A stretch of 64,000 nt of DNA, taken from Gammaproteobacteria bacterium. Its GTDB lineage: Bacteria; Pseudomonadota; Gammaproteobacteria; DATFLL01. Positions 50,541 through 60,723 of the stretch are shown here, piece after piece (position 1 is the stretch's first letter; each line of letters starts with the position of its first letter). Both the position numbers and the translations under genes were made by a program. The stretch lies in assembly GCA_035267785.1 (NCBI GenBank), contig DATFLL010000042.1, positions 12,817-76,816 on the forward strand, given 5' to 3'. The notes under the pieces are model-generated. The model saw nothing but the letters and a program-made list of their open reading frames with translations, was not told where the DNA came from and did no database searches.

Positions 50541-51368
50541 ATGAAGGCGCGCCCACTTTTCCGTCATCTCTTGAACGCTGCAATCGGAGCGCTGGTGCTG
50601 TCGAATGCCACCGCGGCCCAGCTGCCCGTCTTCGACGTGCACATCCACTACAACCAGGACATGTGGGAGAGTATTCCGCCGGAGCGCGCCGCGCAGAGGC
50701 TGCGCGCCGCCGGGATCGTCCGCGCCATGGTCTCCAGCACCAGCGACGAAGGAACTCAAAAGCTCTACCGCGCAGACCCGAAGCTGATCGTCCCCGCGCT
50801 GGGGCCGTATCGTAAGCGCATCGACCGGTATCGCTGGATTCACGATGAGTCCGTTATTCCCTACCTCAAGCGGCGCCTGGCGGGTCATCGATACGCGGCG
50901 ATCGGCGAGTTTCACATCCGCGACGAGCAGACCGACCTGCCGGTGGTGCGCGCGGTGGTCCAACTCGCCCGCAAGCACCACCTGCTGATGCACGTCCACT
51001 CCGATGCCGGTGCCATCGAGCGTATCTTCGACCAGTATCCCGAGGCCCGCATCCTGTGGGCGCATGCCGGCTTCGAGCCCGCCGACAAGGTGCGGCAGAC
51101 AATGGCCCGCCACAAGAACCTCTGGGCGGACCTGTCCATTCGCTGGGAGATATTCGAGGACGGGCGGTTCAAACCCGGCTGGAAGGCGCTGCTCACCGAC
51201 TACAGCGACCGCTTTATGCTCGGTGTCGATACCTACAAGCCGATGCGCTGGGTGATGATCAAAGAGACCATCGACTGGTACGAGTCGATGTTCGCCGAGC
51301 TGCCGCCCGAGGCCGCCCAGCGCATCCGCTACGACAACGCCGAGCGGGTCATCGGCAAGGCCCTCTAG
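50541..51368 (+). CDS. amidohydrolase-2 family (TIM-barrel metal-dependent hydrolase) with signal peptide
   Basis: Metal-binding HIH near the N-terminus, HVHSD and WAHAG motifs. Confidence 0.7.
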   Translation: MKARPLFRHLLNAAIGALVLSNATAAQLPVFDVHIHYNQDMWESIPPERAAQRLRAAGIVRAMVSSTSDEGTQKLYRADPKLIVPALGPYRKRIDRYRWIHDESVIPYLKRRLAGHRYAAIGEFHIRDEQTDLPVVRAVVQLARKHHLLMHVHSDAGAIERIFDQYPEARILWAHAGFEPADKVRQTMARHKNLWADLSIRWEIFEDGRFKPGWKALLTDYSDRFMLGVDTYKPMRWVMIKETIDWYESMFAELPPEAAQRIRYDNAERVIGKAL

Positions 51369-51376
51369 GGCAGGCG

Positions 51377-52792
51377 TCAGGGAACCTCGAAGCGATAGTA
51401 GTTCGCGGTCGGGATGAAATCGAGGGTGCAGGGGTCGCGCGGCGCCGCGCCCACCGTCATGGCACCCACTACCGTCGCGGGCGAGGATTTCGGTTTTACC
51501 TCGTCGGCACCGCTGACCAGATAATAGGGAGTCCGGAAGTATCCCCACTGCGTGGCGCGCGGCTGGCCGCCCAAGTCGAAGCGTGCCCGCGCGCTCCAGA
51601 AATATCGCCCACCCGAAGACAATGGTTTGTCCAATGTGTAAGACGGCACAGTGAGATCGTCACGCTCGACGATCAACCTGGGCGGCATGTCCGTCGAAAC
51701 CCGCCACAAGCGCAGGTCATAGCGCACGCTGTCGATGGCATTCAGGATTGAAGCGCTGGCGGTGCGCCTGTCGATGTCGCGCGGGAAGGCCTCCCAGGTC
51801 AAATTCGGTTCGCGACTGCTCACCTTCGTGAACCGGTTCCAGGTGCGGTGTTGGATGTCCCGGATGCTAGGGTGATAGTCACGTGCCGGAGAACTCCAGG
51901 CCAGACCGCAGGCCTCTCGGCGACCCGTCAGATCGGCGGCTCCGGCCTTCGCCGTCGGCTTGGCCCGGCTTTCCGGCGGCAATGGCGTAAACAGGTAGAT
52001 GTGATTTACGACACTGTCGGCCAGGCTCGCATAACCACGCTGCAACTCGGCCTGAAACAGTGCCGCCTCGTCCTTGGCCCACAGCGCCGCGGGGTATTGA
52101 TCACTTTGATAGACAAACTTTCGCTCGTAAAGACCTGCACCGTCCCGGATCCGAACGATGCGGATGTCCGCCACGAGATAAAATCGCAACTGTTTGCCAC
52201 CATTGAACCCGACCCTGGACACATCGACTTCGACGACGCTCTGTGTTCCCTCCCGCCCTAGGGGAGCATAGTCCGGAGCCGCCCCCGGTGCCGTTGGACC
52301 GATACCGACGAGTGGAAGCGATCGCCCGGCGGAGCGCCGCGCAGTCTCGGCAATCGCCTTCGACAGCGCCTCGGACATCTTCAGATCGGCCAGGTGCTTC
52401 CGAATCTCCCTGTCCAGGGCGGCGGCGTCCTGCTCGGACATCGCTGCCTTCGCGCCGGCAACGGCACCGGAGGTCGCAAGGACCGGCACGGAAACGGCGG
52501 CCACGTACGGCGCAATAACGGCGCCCAGGGGGCTCGATGCGGCGACCATGCCCGCCTCGGCGAGGCCCAATACGGAACCGGCAGCGGCGCCCTTCCCCGC
52601 CCCCTCCTTCCTGCCTGCGGCGAAGCCTCGGAAATTCGTATGGGGAGCGTACCGCGCCGGAGCCAAGACCTGCGGCCCCCACTCCTGGCGCATCGACTCA
52701 GACGGTGGTGCGGGTAAGCCCGCGCAACCTGCAAGGACGGTGAACGCGACCGACGCGGCAACGAGGAATAACAGCGGGTTAACGCGACGCAT
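51377..52792 (-). CDS. hypothetical lipoprotein (471 aa)
   Basis: Lipobox LAGCAG. Ala/Gly-rich N-terminal region. Confidence 0.55.
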   Translation of the reverse strand: MRRVNPLLFLVAASVAFTVLAGCAGLPAPPSESMRQEWGPQVLAPARYAPHTNFRGFAAGRKEGAGKGAAAGSVLGLAEAGMVAASSPLGAVIAPYVAAVSVPVLATSGAVAGAKAAMSEQDAAALDREIRKHLADLKMSEALSKAIAETARRSAGRSLPLVGIGPTAPGAAPDYAPLGREGTQSVVEVDVSRVGFNGGKQLRFYLVADIRIVRIRDGAGLYERKFVYQSDQYPAALWAKDEAALFQAELQRGYASLADSVVNHIYLFTPLPPESRAKPTAKAGAADLTGRREACGLAWSSPARDYHPSIRDIQHRTWNRFTKVSSREPNLTWEAFPRDIDRRTASASILNAIDSVRYDLRLWRVSTDMPPRLIVERDDLTVPSYTLDKPLSSGGRYFWSARARFDLGGQPRATQWGYFRTPYYLVSGADEVKPKSSPATVVGAMTVGAAPRDPCTLDFIPTANYYRFEVP

Positions 52793-53024
52793 GTGGCCGG
52801 TACCCCATAGTCATCTCCGACGACGTCAGGCAAGGTTCGGTGTCATGGCCGGGATGTTCGAGCGGCTGCACACACGCGGCGGCGGGACCGCCACGCTTCC
52901 TGTCAGAATAGCTCAAGGCAACGCGCTTTGCCGCTGACGACTGCCTTATTTGGGACTCGACTCGAAACTCCGAAGCGCTGTCGTGCGAGCTGCCGTGGCG
53001 TTCAATGGAGACGAAAGACTTGGG

Positions 53025-54392
53025 TCAGCCTGATTGGCGCGCGGCGGTCGAGGCCTGGGCGGTGAGGATAATATAGGCCTGAGCGAGAGCCGACTCGTCG
53101 CCGACGTTGCCGGGAAAGATCACGACGGGAAGGTTCGGATAGCGCGGATGGTCGGCCGGGCAGCGAACGACCGAACAGCCGGTGAGGATCTGGCCGACCA
53201 CGCGGGACTGCTTGAGCGCCAGGCCGGTGCTGAGCACGTCGTTGGAGGTTATCCCGCCCTTGCTGATCAGAAAGCCGATGGTGGTCGGCAGGCGTCGCAC
53301 CAGGTCCATCAGGAACGCCGAGACCCGCTCGCCGAAGGCCAGACGTTCGGCCTGGGAGGGAAACTGCAGCTCGCTGCGGGAAGTGTACAACACCACGGTC
53401 TTGCCTTGACCGTGCGCCGCTTCCACTTGGTCGAGAATAGCGCGCGCGAGTCGGCCGGCGACTTCGCTGCGCTGACCGTTGCCCACATCGAGCTGCTCGA
53501 CCTCGATGTGGATGGGTACGACGTCGGTATGCTCGCGCAGGTATTCGAGCTGCGCCGAGGTCTTGGCCACGTGCGAACCAACCAGAATGACTCCAGGGCG
53601 GTGATCGCGCACATAATAGGCCATGTCTTCCGCGCGCACCGGCTGGGGCGGCAGCTTGGCCAGCGCCGTCAGGAGGCTGGCGGCGCTGCGAAACAGGAAG
53701 CGCTTGCCTTCGCGCGCAACCTCCTGCAGCTGCTCGGCAAAGCGGTTCAGATCACCCTGGGTCTCGCAGTCGACCACGCAGCAGACGTTACCCGACAGCG
53801 CACGCAGGCGTTCGCGACTGTCGCCGCGCACATCGCTTAACACGAAGCGCTCGACCTCGTCTGCCTTGATGCGGCCCCGGGTCTTCTCTTCAACGTAGTC
53901 GGGCAGATAGGCCGTGCTGAACCCAAAGACAGAGTCCTTGGCGAATTCGGTCTCGTGCACCGGCACGGCCTGACCGTCGGTCACCAGGTAGTGGACGCTG
54001 TCGCGGGTGAAGCGACCGGCCTCGAAAAAGGCCGGCACCATGAAATGGGCGTCGAACGGGCCCAGTTCCTCGGCGATGATGTCGGTCTCGACCGGATAGT
54101 GACCGCGCAGCGTGGAGTCCGACCGGCTGACGACGATGGGGTTGATGGGCCGTCCCTGGCGGGCCAGCTCGTCGAGCGCCTGTTTGAGGTTGACGCATAT
54201 CTCACGCGTGACGTCCGCTGCGCGCGCGGCGTCCATGCCGCGCGTGTTGGACAGCACGAAGAACAGCGGCGAGTCGTCTTTCAGGGCGTCGATGAGCGTC
54301 TCAACGTCCCAGGCCGTAAGCAGCAGACAGCTGTGGACCGTCTGCGACCCGGTCGGGTCGTCGTCGATCGCGACGATTTTTGTCTCGCTCAT
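53025..54392 (-). CDS. four-carbon acid sugar kinase family protein (OtnK/YgbK-like)
   Basis: N-terminus MSETKIVAIDDDPTGSQTV with a nucleotide-binding C-terminal half, typical of the OtnK family. Confidence 0.75.
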   Translation of the reverse strand: MSETKIVAIDDDPTGSQTVHSCLLLTAWDVETLIDALKDDSPLFFVLSNTRGMDAARAADVTREICVNLKQALDELARQGRPINPIVVSRSDSTLRGHYPVETDIIAEELGPFDAHFMVPAFFEAGRFTRDSVHYLVTDGQAVPVHETEFAKDSVFGFSTAYLPDYVEEKTRGRIKADEVERFVLSDVRGDSRERLRALSGNVCCVVDCETQGDLNRFAEQLQEVAREGKRFLFRSAASLLTALAKLPPQPVRAEDMAYYVRDHRPGVILVGSHVAKTSAQLEYLREHTDVVPIHIEVEQLDVGNGQRSEVAGRLARAILDQVEAAHGQGKTVVLYTSRSELQFPSQAERLAFGERVSAFLMDLVRRLPTTIGFLISKGGITSNDVLSTGLALKQSRVVGQILTGCSVVRCPADHPRYPNLPVVIFPGNVGDESALAQAYIILTAQASTAARQSG

Positions 54393-54397
54393 GAGGC

Positions 54398-56620
54398 TCA
54401 GGCTCCCGCCAGCTTCTCGACCCGCGCCGCGATGTCGTCCGCCGACAACCCGTTGAACGCCATAATCTCGGCCGGTGAAGCGGTGGTCTCACCGCGCTTC
54501 CAGCACATCGCGTCGCGGCGGGTCGCACGGCTGCGCAGCATCACCGGCTCCAGCGAACCGCTGGCTCCGCCGGTCACGCCGATGAGCACATCACCGTCGA
54601 ACAAGGCGTCGAAGTCGGCGTCGCTCATGAACTTGCCGTCCGGTTCGGAGACGGTGTCCCAGGCCACGTCATACGGGCGGTACAGACGGCGCGGGTTCGC
54701 CACGGTGACGATGCGCACCTTGTAGCCCTGCGCCTCCAGGTTTGTCTTGGCCTCGAACACGGGCAGCAGCACCATGTCGCCGGTCACGGCGAAGACCACC
54801 GTGCCCTTTTCGCCGGCGCTACTCTCGTACAACGCGACCGCACCCTCCTCGATCGCCTCCTTGGCCTGCGCCAGCGTGGTGTACACCGGCAGCGCGCTCT
54901 TGGAGGCGACGATGCCAATCGCCTTGTTGAAGCTGTTGGTGGCCCATTCATAGGCGACCTGAATCATATTGGCATCGCAGGGGAACAGCGCGAAGTAATT
55001 GCCGTTTCGCATCATCGCGGCCATGTAGTTCTCGATCTCCGGGCGCTGGTGCGTCCAACCGTTACGCCCCTGCTCCAGGGCGCCCGCCGTGTACATGTTG
55101 ACGATCGACGGGGTCTTGCGCCGCAGCTCGGCCATGGCCTGCGAGACCGTCTGAATGATCGGCATGCCGTTGATGACGAAGCTCTCGTAGGACAGCCACA
55201 GGGCACGCGAGCCGAACAGGGCCAGGCCGCCGGCAAAGCCCGCGCAGGCATCCTCGCTGAGCGGTTCGTAGACCTGACCTTGCGGGCCCTGGTTGTACAG
55301 GCTGTCGGGCGTCGGGTGACGGATCTGCAGCGCCTCGTTGATGTTCTTCATGCCCGAGGCCTCGTTGCCGTCGGCGTTGGTGACGACGAAGCGCTTGTCG
55401 CGCTTGCCGACCTCTCCGACGAGGGCGCCCATGGCGGTCGAGGGCACGGCCTTATCGCCAACGGCAAATTCCTGCTTGGGGAGCTCGCCGAGCTCCGGCA
55501 GCTCCAGCTCGAACTCCGTCACGACGGTCTTCACCGCCGGGCCACCGCCGGCGCGCTGGAAGTTTTCGCGCACCAGCTCCCAGGCGCGCGGGGCCAGAGC
55601 GCGGCGCTTGAGGCCCTCGGCGATGTTGGGCTTCTCGAAGGTGTCGCCCGGATACAGGTTGTGCGCCTTGGCGCCGATGGCGTGCACGCCCGCGCCCTTG
55701 AGCTGCTTTATGATGAAGGCCGTCAGGCGACCGCCCATAGCCGAGTCGGCGGCGTGCTGCATCCGCTCGAGCACGGCGCGGGTGAAGGCCAGACGTCCCT
55801 CGGCCGAGAAGCGTGTGCTGTCCACGTAGTCGCCTTCCTGGTTCGCGTCGTCGAACTCCTTGGCATCGACCAGCACCACCTCTTCGAAACCGTGGCCCTT
55901 CCAGTAGGCGATCATTTCCTCGTTGGTCTTGATCGAGACCATCGAGTGGTGCTCCTGGCTGTAGCCGTTCCACACCAGCACCGGCAGGAAGTTGGTGGCC
56001 TTCGGGTAGGAGGTATGGAAGTGCATCATCGAGGACAGCACATAGGGCTCGCCCATGCCGCCGTCGCCCAGGGTGAAGGGGAACAGCTTGTCCGGATGCA
56101 GGTAGGCGCCGGCCATCGCGAAGTGCTGACCCTGGCCGAGCGGACCGGCCGGGGCCAACAGGCCGGGAACGGCGCCCGAGAGGTGGCCGAGCAGGCCGTG
56201 GCGTTCGCGGAACTTCGCCATCATGTCGTCCACGTTGTGGATGCCCATCTCCTCGAGCGAGCCGTCCAGGAACATGGCGCTGTAGAAGCCGGGCGCGTGG
56301 TGGCCGACCTCGGTCACGATATTGGTGTGGCCCAGCATGACCAGGGCGGCATAGGCATCGGCGCTGCTGGCGAAGCCGCCCGGGTGGCCGGACTCCTTGC
56401 TGCTGCACACTTGCAGCGTCAAATAGCGCAGCGCGTCGGCGGCGAGCTGGGTCTGGTAGACCGCGGCGTCACTGACTGCCGCGATGGCGCTGGCGCCCTC
56501 GGCAATGGCCGCGGACTGTCCGAGCCGCTCGAGCTCCGGAGTCTCCGGGGCGAAATGCTTGATGCCCTGCGTGAAGGCAGGCTGGACGTTGTTCCTCAGA
56601 TCGCTGGCTGCGGTGCTCAT
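54398..56620 (-). CDS. TPP-dependent phosphoketolase-family enzyme (divergent; transketolase-like N-terminal motifs)
   Basis: GDGGMGEP...VWNG TPP motif. SYESF and NGWTHQRP, as in XFP phosphoketolases. GHPGG and GPLGQG are transketolase-like. 741 aa. Confidence 0.6.
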   Translation of the reverse strand: MSTAASDLRNNVQPAFTQGIKHFAPETPELERLGQSAAIAEGASAIAAVSDAAVYQTQLAADALRYLTLQVCSSKESGHPGGFASSADAYAALVMLGHTNIVTEVGHHAPGFYSAMFLDGSLEEMGIHNVDDMMAKFRERHGLLGHLSGAVPGLLAPAGPLGQGQHFAMAGAYLHPDKLFPFTLGDGGMGEPYVLSSMMHFHTSYPKATNFLPVLVWNGYSQEHHSMVSIKTNEEMIAYWKGHGFEEVVLVDAKEFDDANQEGDYVDSTRFSAEGRLAFTRAVLERMQHAADSAMGGRLTAFIIKQLKGAGVHAIGAKAHNLYPGDTFEKPNIAEGLKRRALAPRAWELVRENFQRAGGGPAVKTVVTEFELELPELGELPKQEFAVGDKAVPSTAMGALVGEVGKRDKRFVVTNADGNEASGMKNINEALQIRHPTPDSLYNQGPQGQVYEPLSEDACAGFAGGLALFGSRALWLSYESFVINGMPIIQTVSQAMAELRRKTPSIVNMYTAGALEQGRNGWTHQRPEIENYMAAMMRNGNYFALFPCDANMIQVAYEWATNSFNKAIGIVASKSALPVYTTLAQAKEAIEEGAVALYESSAGEKGTVVFAVTGDMVLLPVFEAKTNLEAQGYKVRIVTVANPRRLYRPYDVAWDTVSEPDGKFMSDADFDALFDGDVLIGVTGGASGSLEPVMLRSRATRRDAMCWKRGETTASPAEIMAFNGLSADDIAARVEKLAGA

Positions 56621-56841
56621 GGCGCATCTCCTGGTTGCATTCGCCCGGCCAATGGCCCGGGCGTCGGGTCTGTCTGAGGTAACCATAGGCGCGGATCGCA
56701 GTTTCCTATAGCAACATAGATTTCATAATGTGGTACACTATAAGCAAGGATAAGGCTTACTTCATATAACTTATTGTTTTATTGGTTTTTCGCTCCAACA
56801 TATGCCACGATAAACAATCGATTTCATATCGCGAAACGCTT

Positions 56842-57597
56842 ATGACCCAAAAAAGCGCCATTCAAGTCATCGACCGGATGTCCAGCCTGCTGGACGCCGT
56901 CGCCCGTTACCCCGAGCCCGTGGGGCTGAAGATCCTGGCCGCCGAGACCGGGCTGCACAGCTCCACGGCCTTCCGCATCCTCGACTCGATGGTCACCCAC
57001 GGCTTCATTGAACGAGACGCGGCGGGTCAGTACCTGCTCGGACGCAAGCTGCTGCGTCTGGGCAGCCGGGTCCACGCGCAGTCCGACCTGCGCGAGCACG
57101 CCCTGCCGATCCTGTGCCGTCTGCGTGATGAGCTCGGCGAGACGGTCAACCTCACCCTGCGCGAGGGTGATGAAGTGGTGTACGTGGAGAAGGCAACGCC
57201 CAACCGGATGATGCACGTGCAGCAGCTGATCGGCAGCCGCGCGCCCCTGCACGTCACGGCCGTCGGCAAGCTGATGCTGGCCCTGGAGGGCGAAGACGAG
57301 TGCCGCAGCTACGCCGAACGCACGAACCTGCCCTCCTACACCCGGAACACGATCAACAGCCTGCCGAAATTGCTCGACGAGGCCGAACGGCTGCGCGGAC
57401 AGGGCTATGCCTATGACAACGAAGAGGCCGAGATCGGCGTGGGCTGCATTGGCACGTTGATCTACGACGCCACAGGCAGCGTGGTCGCGGGCCTGTCGGT
57501 CTCGGCCCCGATCGAGCGGCGCAAGGACGAGTGGATCGACGACCTGCGCCGCGCGGCCCGGGAAATTTCCGAAGGGCTGGGCTACCGGTCGGAGTGA
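56842..57597 (+). CDS. IclR family transcriptional regulator
   Basis: N-terminal wHTH (LSSTAFRILDSM) and a C-terminal IclR effector domain. Confidence 0.85.
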   Translation: MTQKSAIQVIDRMSSLLDAVARYPEPVGLKILAAETGLHSSTAFRILDSMVTHGFIERDAAGQYLLGRKLLRLGSRVHAQSDLREHALPILCRLRDELGETVNLTLREGDEVVYVEKATPNRMMHVQQLIGSRAPLHVTAVGKLMLALEGEDECRSYAERTNLPSYTRNTINSLPKLLDEAERLRGQGYAYDNEEAEIGVGCIGTLIYDATGSVVAGLSVSAPIERRKDEWIDDLRRAAREISEGLGYRSE

Positions 57598-57683
57598 ATC
57601 CCAACTGACCATGGACTCGCCGCAAGGCGCGGCGAGCCAGGCCTCGTCTCCCGCCGCGTCTGAAGGGAGAGGAAGACATCCGT

Positions 57684-58490
57684 TCAGGCCGCTGCGATGC
57701 TGGTGGCCATCATCTCTTCCAGCCCGGCCTGGTCGGGCCCGACGAATCGCGGGGCGCCGCGGGCGGCGTCCAGGTTGTCGAGCAACGTGTCCTTGAGGTC
57801 CTCTGCAGCGGGCAGATGGCTGCTCAGCACCGTCGCCGCGTCGAGGCGGCCAATGGTGTCGAGCGAGGCCCGGAACGGGGCCGCGCCGACCATCCCCAGC
57901 CACGGTGCGTCCACGGACGCCCAGGCGACCATGCCCTCGCGCAGGGCACCGGCGCCCATGGCATTGGCCGACTCGGCCGGCTCGCTCATCAACGCCCCGA
58001 AGGAGTCCGCGCTGAACAGCGTCCGCTGCTTCGCGTCGAACAGGCCGGTCGTCTCCGGCGCATCGAACGTCGGCGGCGTGACCGCCAGCAGCTTCCGATC
58101 CCCCACATCCAGTTCCTGACCGGGATTGAGCAGGTAGCAGCGCTCCAGCGGGAACCCACTCAGCCCCAGCTTGGCCATGCCGACAAAGGTCGTCACGACG
58201 CGGGCCTGCGGCGCCCGGTCCAGGACCGCTTCCAGGTTGCCCGTGTGATCGACGTCGGCGTGGCTCAGCCAGATCCAGCGCAGCTCCGCCGGGTCCACGA
58301 TCGACTCCAGCGCGTCCAGGAGCTCGCTCCTCAGCCCGCCCAAGCCCGTATCGACCAGCACCGGCTCGGCCGCCCGGATCACGAAGGCGTTGATCGGCAG
58401 GACCCCCATGCCGGGTACGGGCAAATACGAAATCAGCGAAACGGTATCGGGAGCCACATTTCGCGGCTCGAACATCGTTGGATCATTCAT
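57684..58490 (-). CDS. MBL-fold metallo-hydrolase
   Basis: HxHxDH motif (SHADVDHTGN). Confidence 0.75.
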   Translation of the reverse strand: MNDPTMFEPRNVAPDTVSLISYLPVPGMGVLPINAFVIRAAEPVLVDTGLGGLRSELLDALESIVDPAELRWIWLSHADVDHTGNLEAVLDRAPQARVVTTFVGMAKLGLSGFPLERCYLLNPGQELDVGDRKLLAVTPPTFDAPETTGLFDAKQRTLFSADSFGALMSEPAESANAMGAGALREGMVAWASVDAPWLGMVGAAPFRASLDTIGRLDAATVLSSHLPAAEDLKDTLLDNLDAARGAPRFVGPDQAGLEEMMATSIAAA

Positions 58491-58554
58491 TTGAATCCCC
58501 CTCGCTCGGTCGTTGTGTCGGAAGCCGCCCTACAGGCTCCAGCGGCGCCTCACG

Positions 58555-58634
58555 GTAAACAGTCGTGTTTACTGAAATTGAGTTTAGGAGCCCCCGCCGC
58601 CCTTGTCAATCGTTCGATAAACATATATGTTTAT
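58555..58634. promoter_or_regulatory. two 7-4-7 palindromes (GTAAACAgtcgTGTTTAC at 58555..58572; ATAAACAtataTGTTTAT at 58617..58634), candidate TetR operators
   Basis: Perfect inverted repeats sharing the TAAACA/TGTTTA half-sites. The second abuts the tetR start codon. Confidence 0.5.
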
Positions 58635-58638
58635 TCAA

Positions 58639-59226
58639 ATGAGCAAGCGCAAATACACCCTCAAGCAGCGCGCCGAGCAGCAGCAGGAGACCCACGACCG
58701 CATCGTCGAGGCGGCCATGGCCCTGCACGAGTCACTCGGCCCGCGCAACACCTCCATCAGCGCCATCGCCGAACAGGCGGGCGTGCAGCGCCTGACGGTC
58801 TACCGCCACTTCGCCAGCGACGAGGAGCTCTATGAGGCCTGCACCTCCCGTTGGCTGGAGCTCAACCCGCCGCCCGATCCGGCGCGGTGGCAGTCGTCGG
58901 ACTCGCCGCTGGAACGGTGCGAGAAGGCCCTTTCCGAGCTCTACACGTACTACCGAGGAACCGAGCGCATGTGGCAAAAGGCCTATCGCGATCTGGAGGA
59001 GGTGCCGGCTTTCAAACCGGCCATGGACGAGTTCGCAGGCTATCTTCGGAGCATCCGCGACGATCTCGCGGCGGGTTGGAAGCTACCCGCCGCCAAAAAA
59101 CGCGCGCTCAAGCAAACGCTCGATCACCTGCTGCAGTTTTCCACCTGGCAGCAGCTCGCAGGGCAGGGCCTGTCCGACAGGCAGATGGTGAATCTGGTGT
59201 CGCGGTGGATTGCGGCCGTCGTCTAG
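58639..59226 (+). CDS. TetR/AcrR family transcriptional regulator
   Basis: N-terminal HTH (TSISAIAEQAGVQRLTVYRHF). Confidence 0.8.
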   Translation: MSKRKYTLKQRAEQQQETHDRIVEAAMALHESLGPRNTSISAIAEQAGVQRLTVYRHFASDEELYEACTSRWLELNPPPDPARWQSSDSPLERCEKALSELYTYYRGTERMWQKAYRDLEEVPAFKPAMDEFAGYLRSIRDDLAAGWKLPAAKKRALKQTLDHLLQFSTWQQLAGQGLSDRQMVNLVSRWIAAVV

Positions 59227-59259
59227 ACGGCCGGCGCCCGCGGAAGACGCCGGCCCTCG

Positions 59260-60579
59260 TCAGGGACGACCGGGCGGGTGAACATCGGGCTGGGTCGCGG
59301 CGGTGAACCCGCGGCCGCGCAGGTAGCGGTAGACGGTTTCCAGCATGAGGCTGGCGGCAAAAACGCCCCACACGGTCCAGAAGGCCAGGCGGTCCGTCTT
59401 CCACAAATGTCGCTCCAGGATCGCGAACACCGCGCCGACCACGACCAAACCCGTAATGATGACCAGGCGCCGCCCGCCGCAGTCGGCACGCAGGCGCCAG
59501 TGGGCGGCGAGCACGGCAAGATAGACCACCATGAACACCGCACTGGTGATCGAGGTAATGCCATTGAGGTCGAAGACCAGGGCAAACAGGATGCTGAGCC
59601 CGGCCGTGATGTACAGACCCTCCGAGGCGTGGAACCAGCGCTTGCGCTCGAACAACTCCGGAAGCTCGCCGTCGCGCGCCAGGGCGTAGGCCACGTTGGC
59701 CCCGCCATAGAGCGTCGCGTTCAGCGCGGAGGCGATGGAGAACAGCGCGCCGATCGAAACGAACAGATAACCCCACTGGCCGAGGAAGGGCTTCGCGGCC
59801 TCGGCCAGCGCGAAGTCCTGGGCCTGCACGATGCGGTCCAACGACAGATTGCCCACCGCCACTACCGACACCAGCACATAGACGACCGTGACGATGGCGA
59901 TACTCAGATAGATTGCCCGCGGCACGTTGCGGGCCGGGTCGTCCATGTCCTCCGCCGCGTTGGTCACCAACCCGAAGCCCATGTAGGACAGAAAGAACAC
60001 CGCGATACCGTTGAGGATACCGCCGGCGTGCGCGGCATCCACCCGCGGAGTGACCCAACCGAGGTTCACCGAGCCCACCCCGAGGACGATGAAAAGTGCG
60101 AGGATGGCGAGCTTGATCAGCACAATGCCGAACTCGGCCTTGCCCACCTTGTCCGTGCCCAGCAGATCGAGTACCAGAAACGCGCCGATGACGCCGACTT
60201 CCACGGCCCCCGTGGCCAGCGGCGAGCCCGACAGATGCACCAACGGCAGAAAATAGCCGGCAAAACCCTTGGCGAACAGAGCCAGGGAAATGACGTAGGT
60301 CAGCCAGAACAAGAAACTCAGCGAGCCCGTGAGCAGGTTATCGCCAAAGGCGCGCAGCACGAACTCCATGGGGCCAGCGTTGGAGACGATCCGTGCGCCC
60401 ATCACGGCATAGGAATAGGCGACCAGCACCGCCACCGCACCCGAGACGACGAAGACCAAAGGGAGATTATGACCGGCGAGCTTTGCCCCGAGCCCGAAGA
60501 TCGAAAAGATGCTGGCGCCGATCATCGTACCCACGGCGATGGCCGTGGCCTGCAGGACATTCAATTTCTTATCCGCCAT
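59260..60579 (-). CDS. APC-family amino acid/polyamine permease
   Basis: 12 TM helices. Starts MADKKLNVLQATAIAVGTMIGASIF. Confidence 0.85.
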   Translation of the reverse strand: MADKKLNVLQATAIAVGTMIGASIFSIFGLGAKLAGHNLPLVFVVSGAVAVLVAYSYAVMGARIVSNAGPMEFVLRAFGDNLLTGSLSFLFWLTYVISLALFAKGFAGYFLPLVHLSGSPLATGAVEVGVIGAFLVLDLLGTDKVGKAEFGIVLIKLAILALFIVLGVGSVNLGWVTPRVDAAHAGGILNGIAVFFLSYMGFGLVTNAAEDMDDPARNVPRAIYLSIAIVTVVYVLVSVVAVGNLSLDRIVQAQDFALAEAAKPFLGQWGYLFVSIGALFSIASALNATLYGGANVAYALARDGELPELFERKRWFHASEGLYITAGLSILFALVFDLNGITSITSAVFMVVYLAVLAAHWRLRADCGGRRLVIITGLVVVGAVFAILERHLWKTDRLAFWTVWGVFAASLMLETVYRYLRGRGFTAATQPDVHPPGRP

Positions 60580-60723
60580 GGCGAGGTTCTTTTCGTTGCG
60601 TCAGGTCCGGGCCGGGCCGGGCCGGGCGACAGTCTTGCCATACTAACGCGCCTGGCAGGTGTTGGAGTGAACAGAAGGTGAAGGTGTACGCCCCCAGAGA
60701 AGCCCCCTTTGGCCAACGACCGC

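Noticed and set aside
55049-56677. 542-aa + strand ORF
   Set aside because: Antisense to the phosphoketolase-family gene, which has TPP and XFP motifs.
59278-60681. 467-aa + strand ORF
   Set aside because: Antisense to the APC permease.
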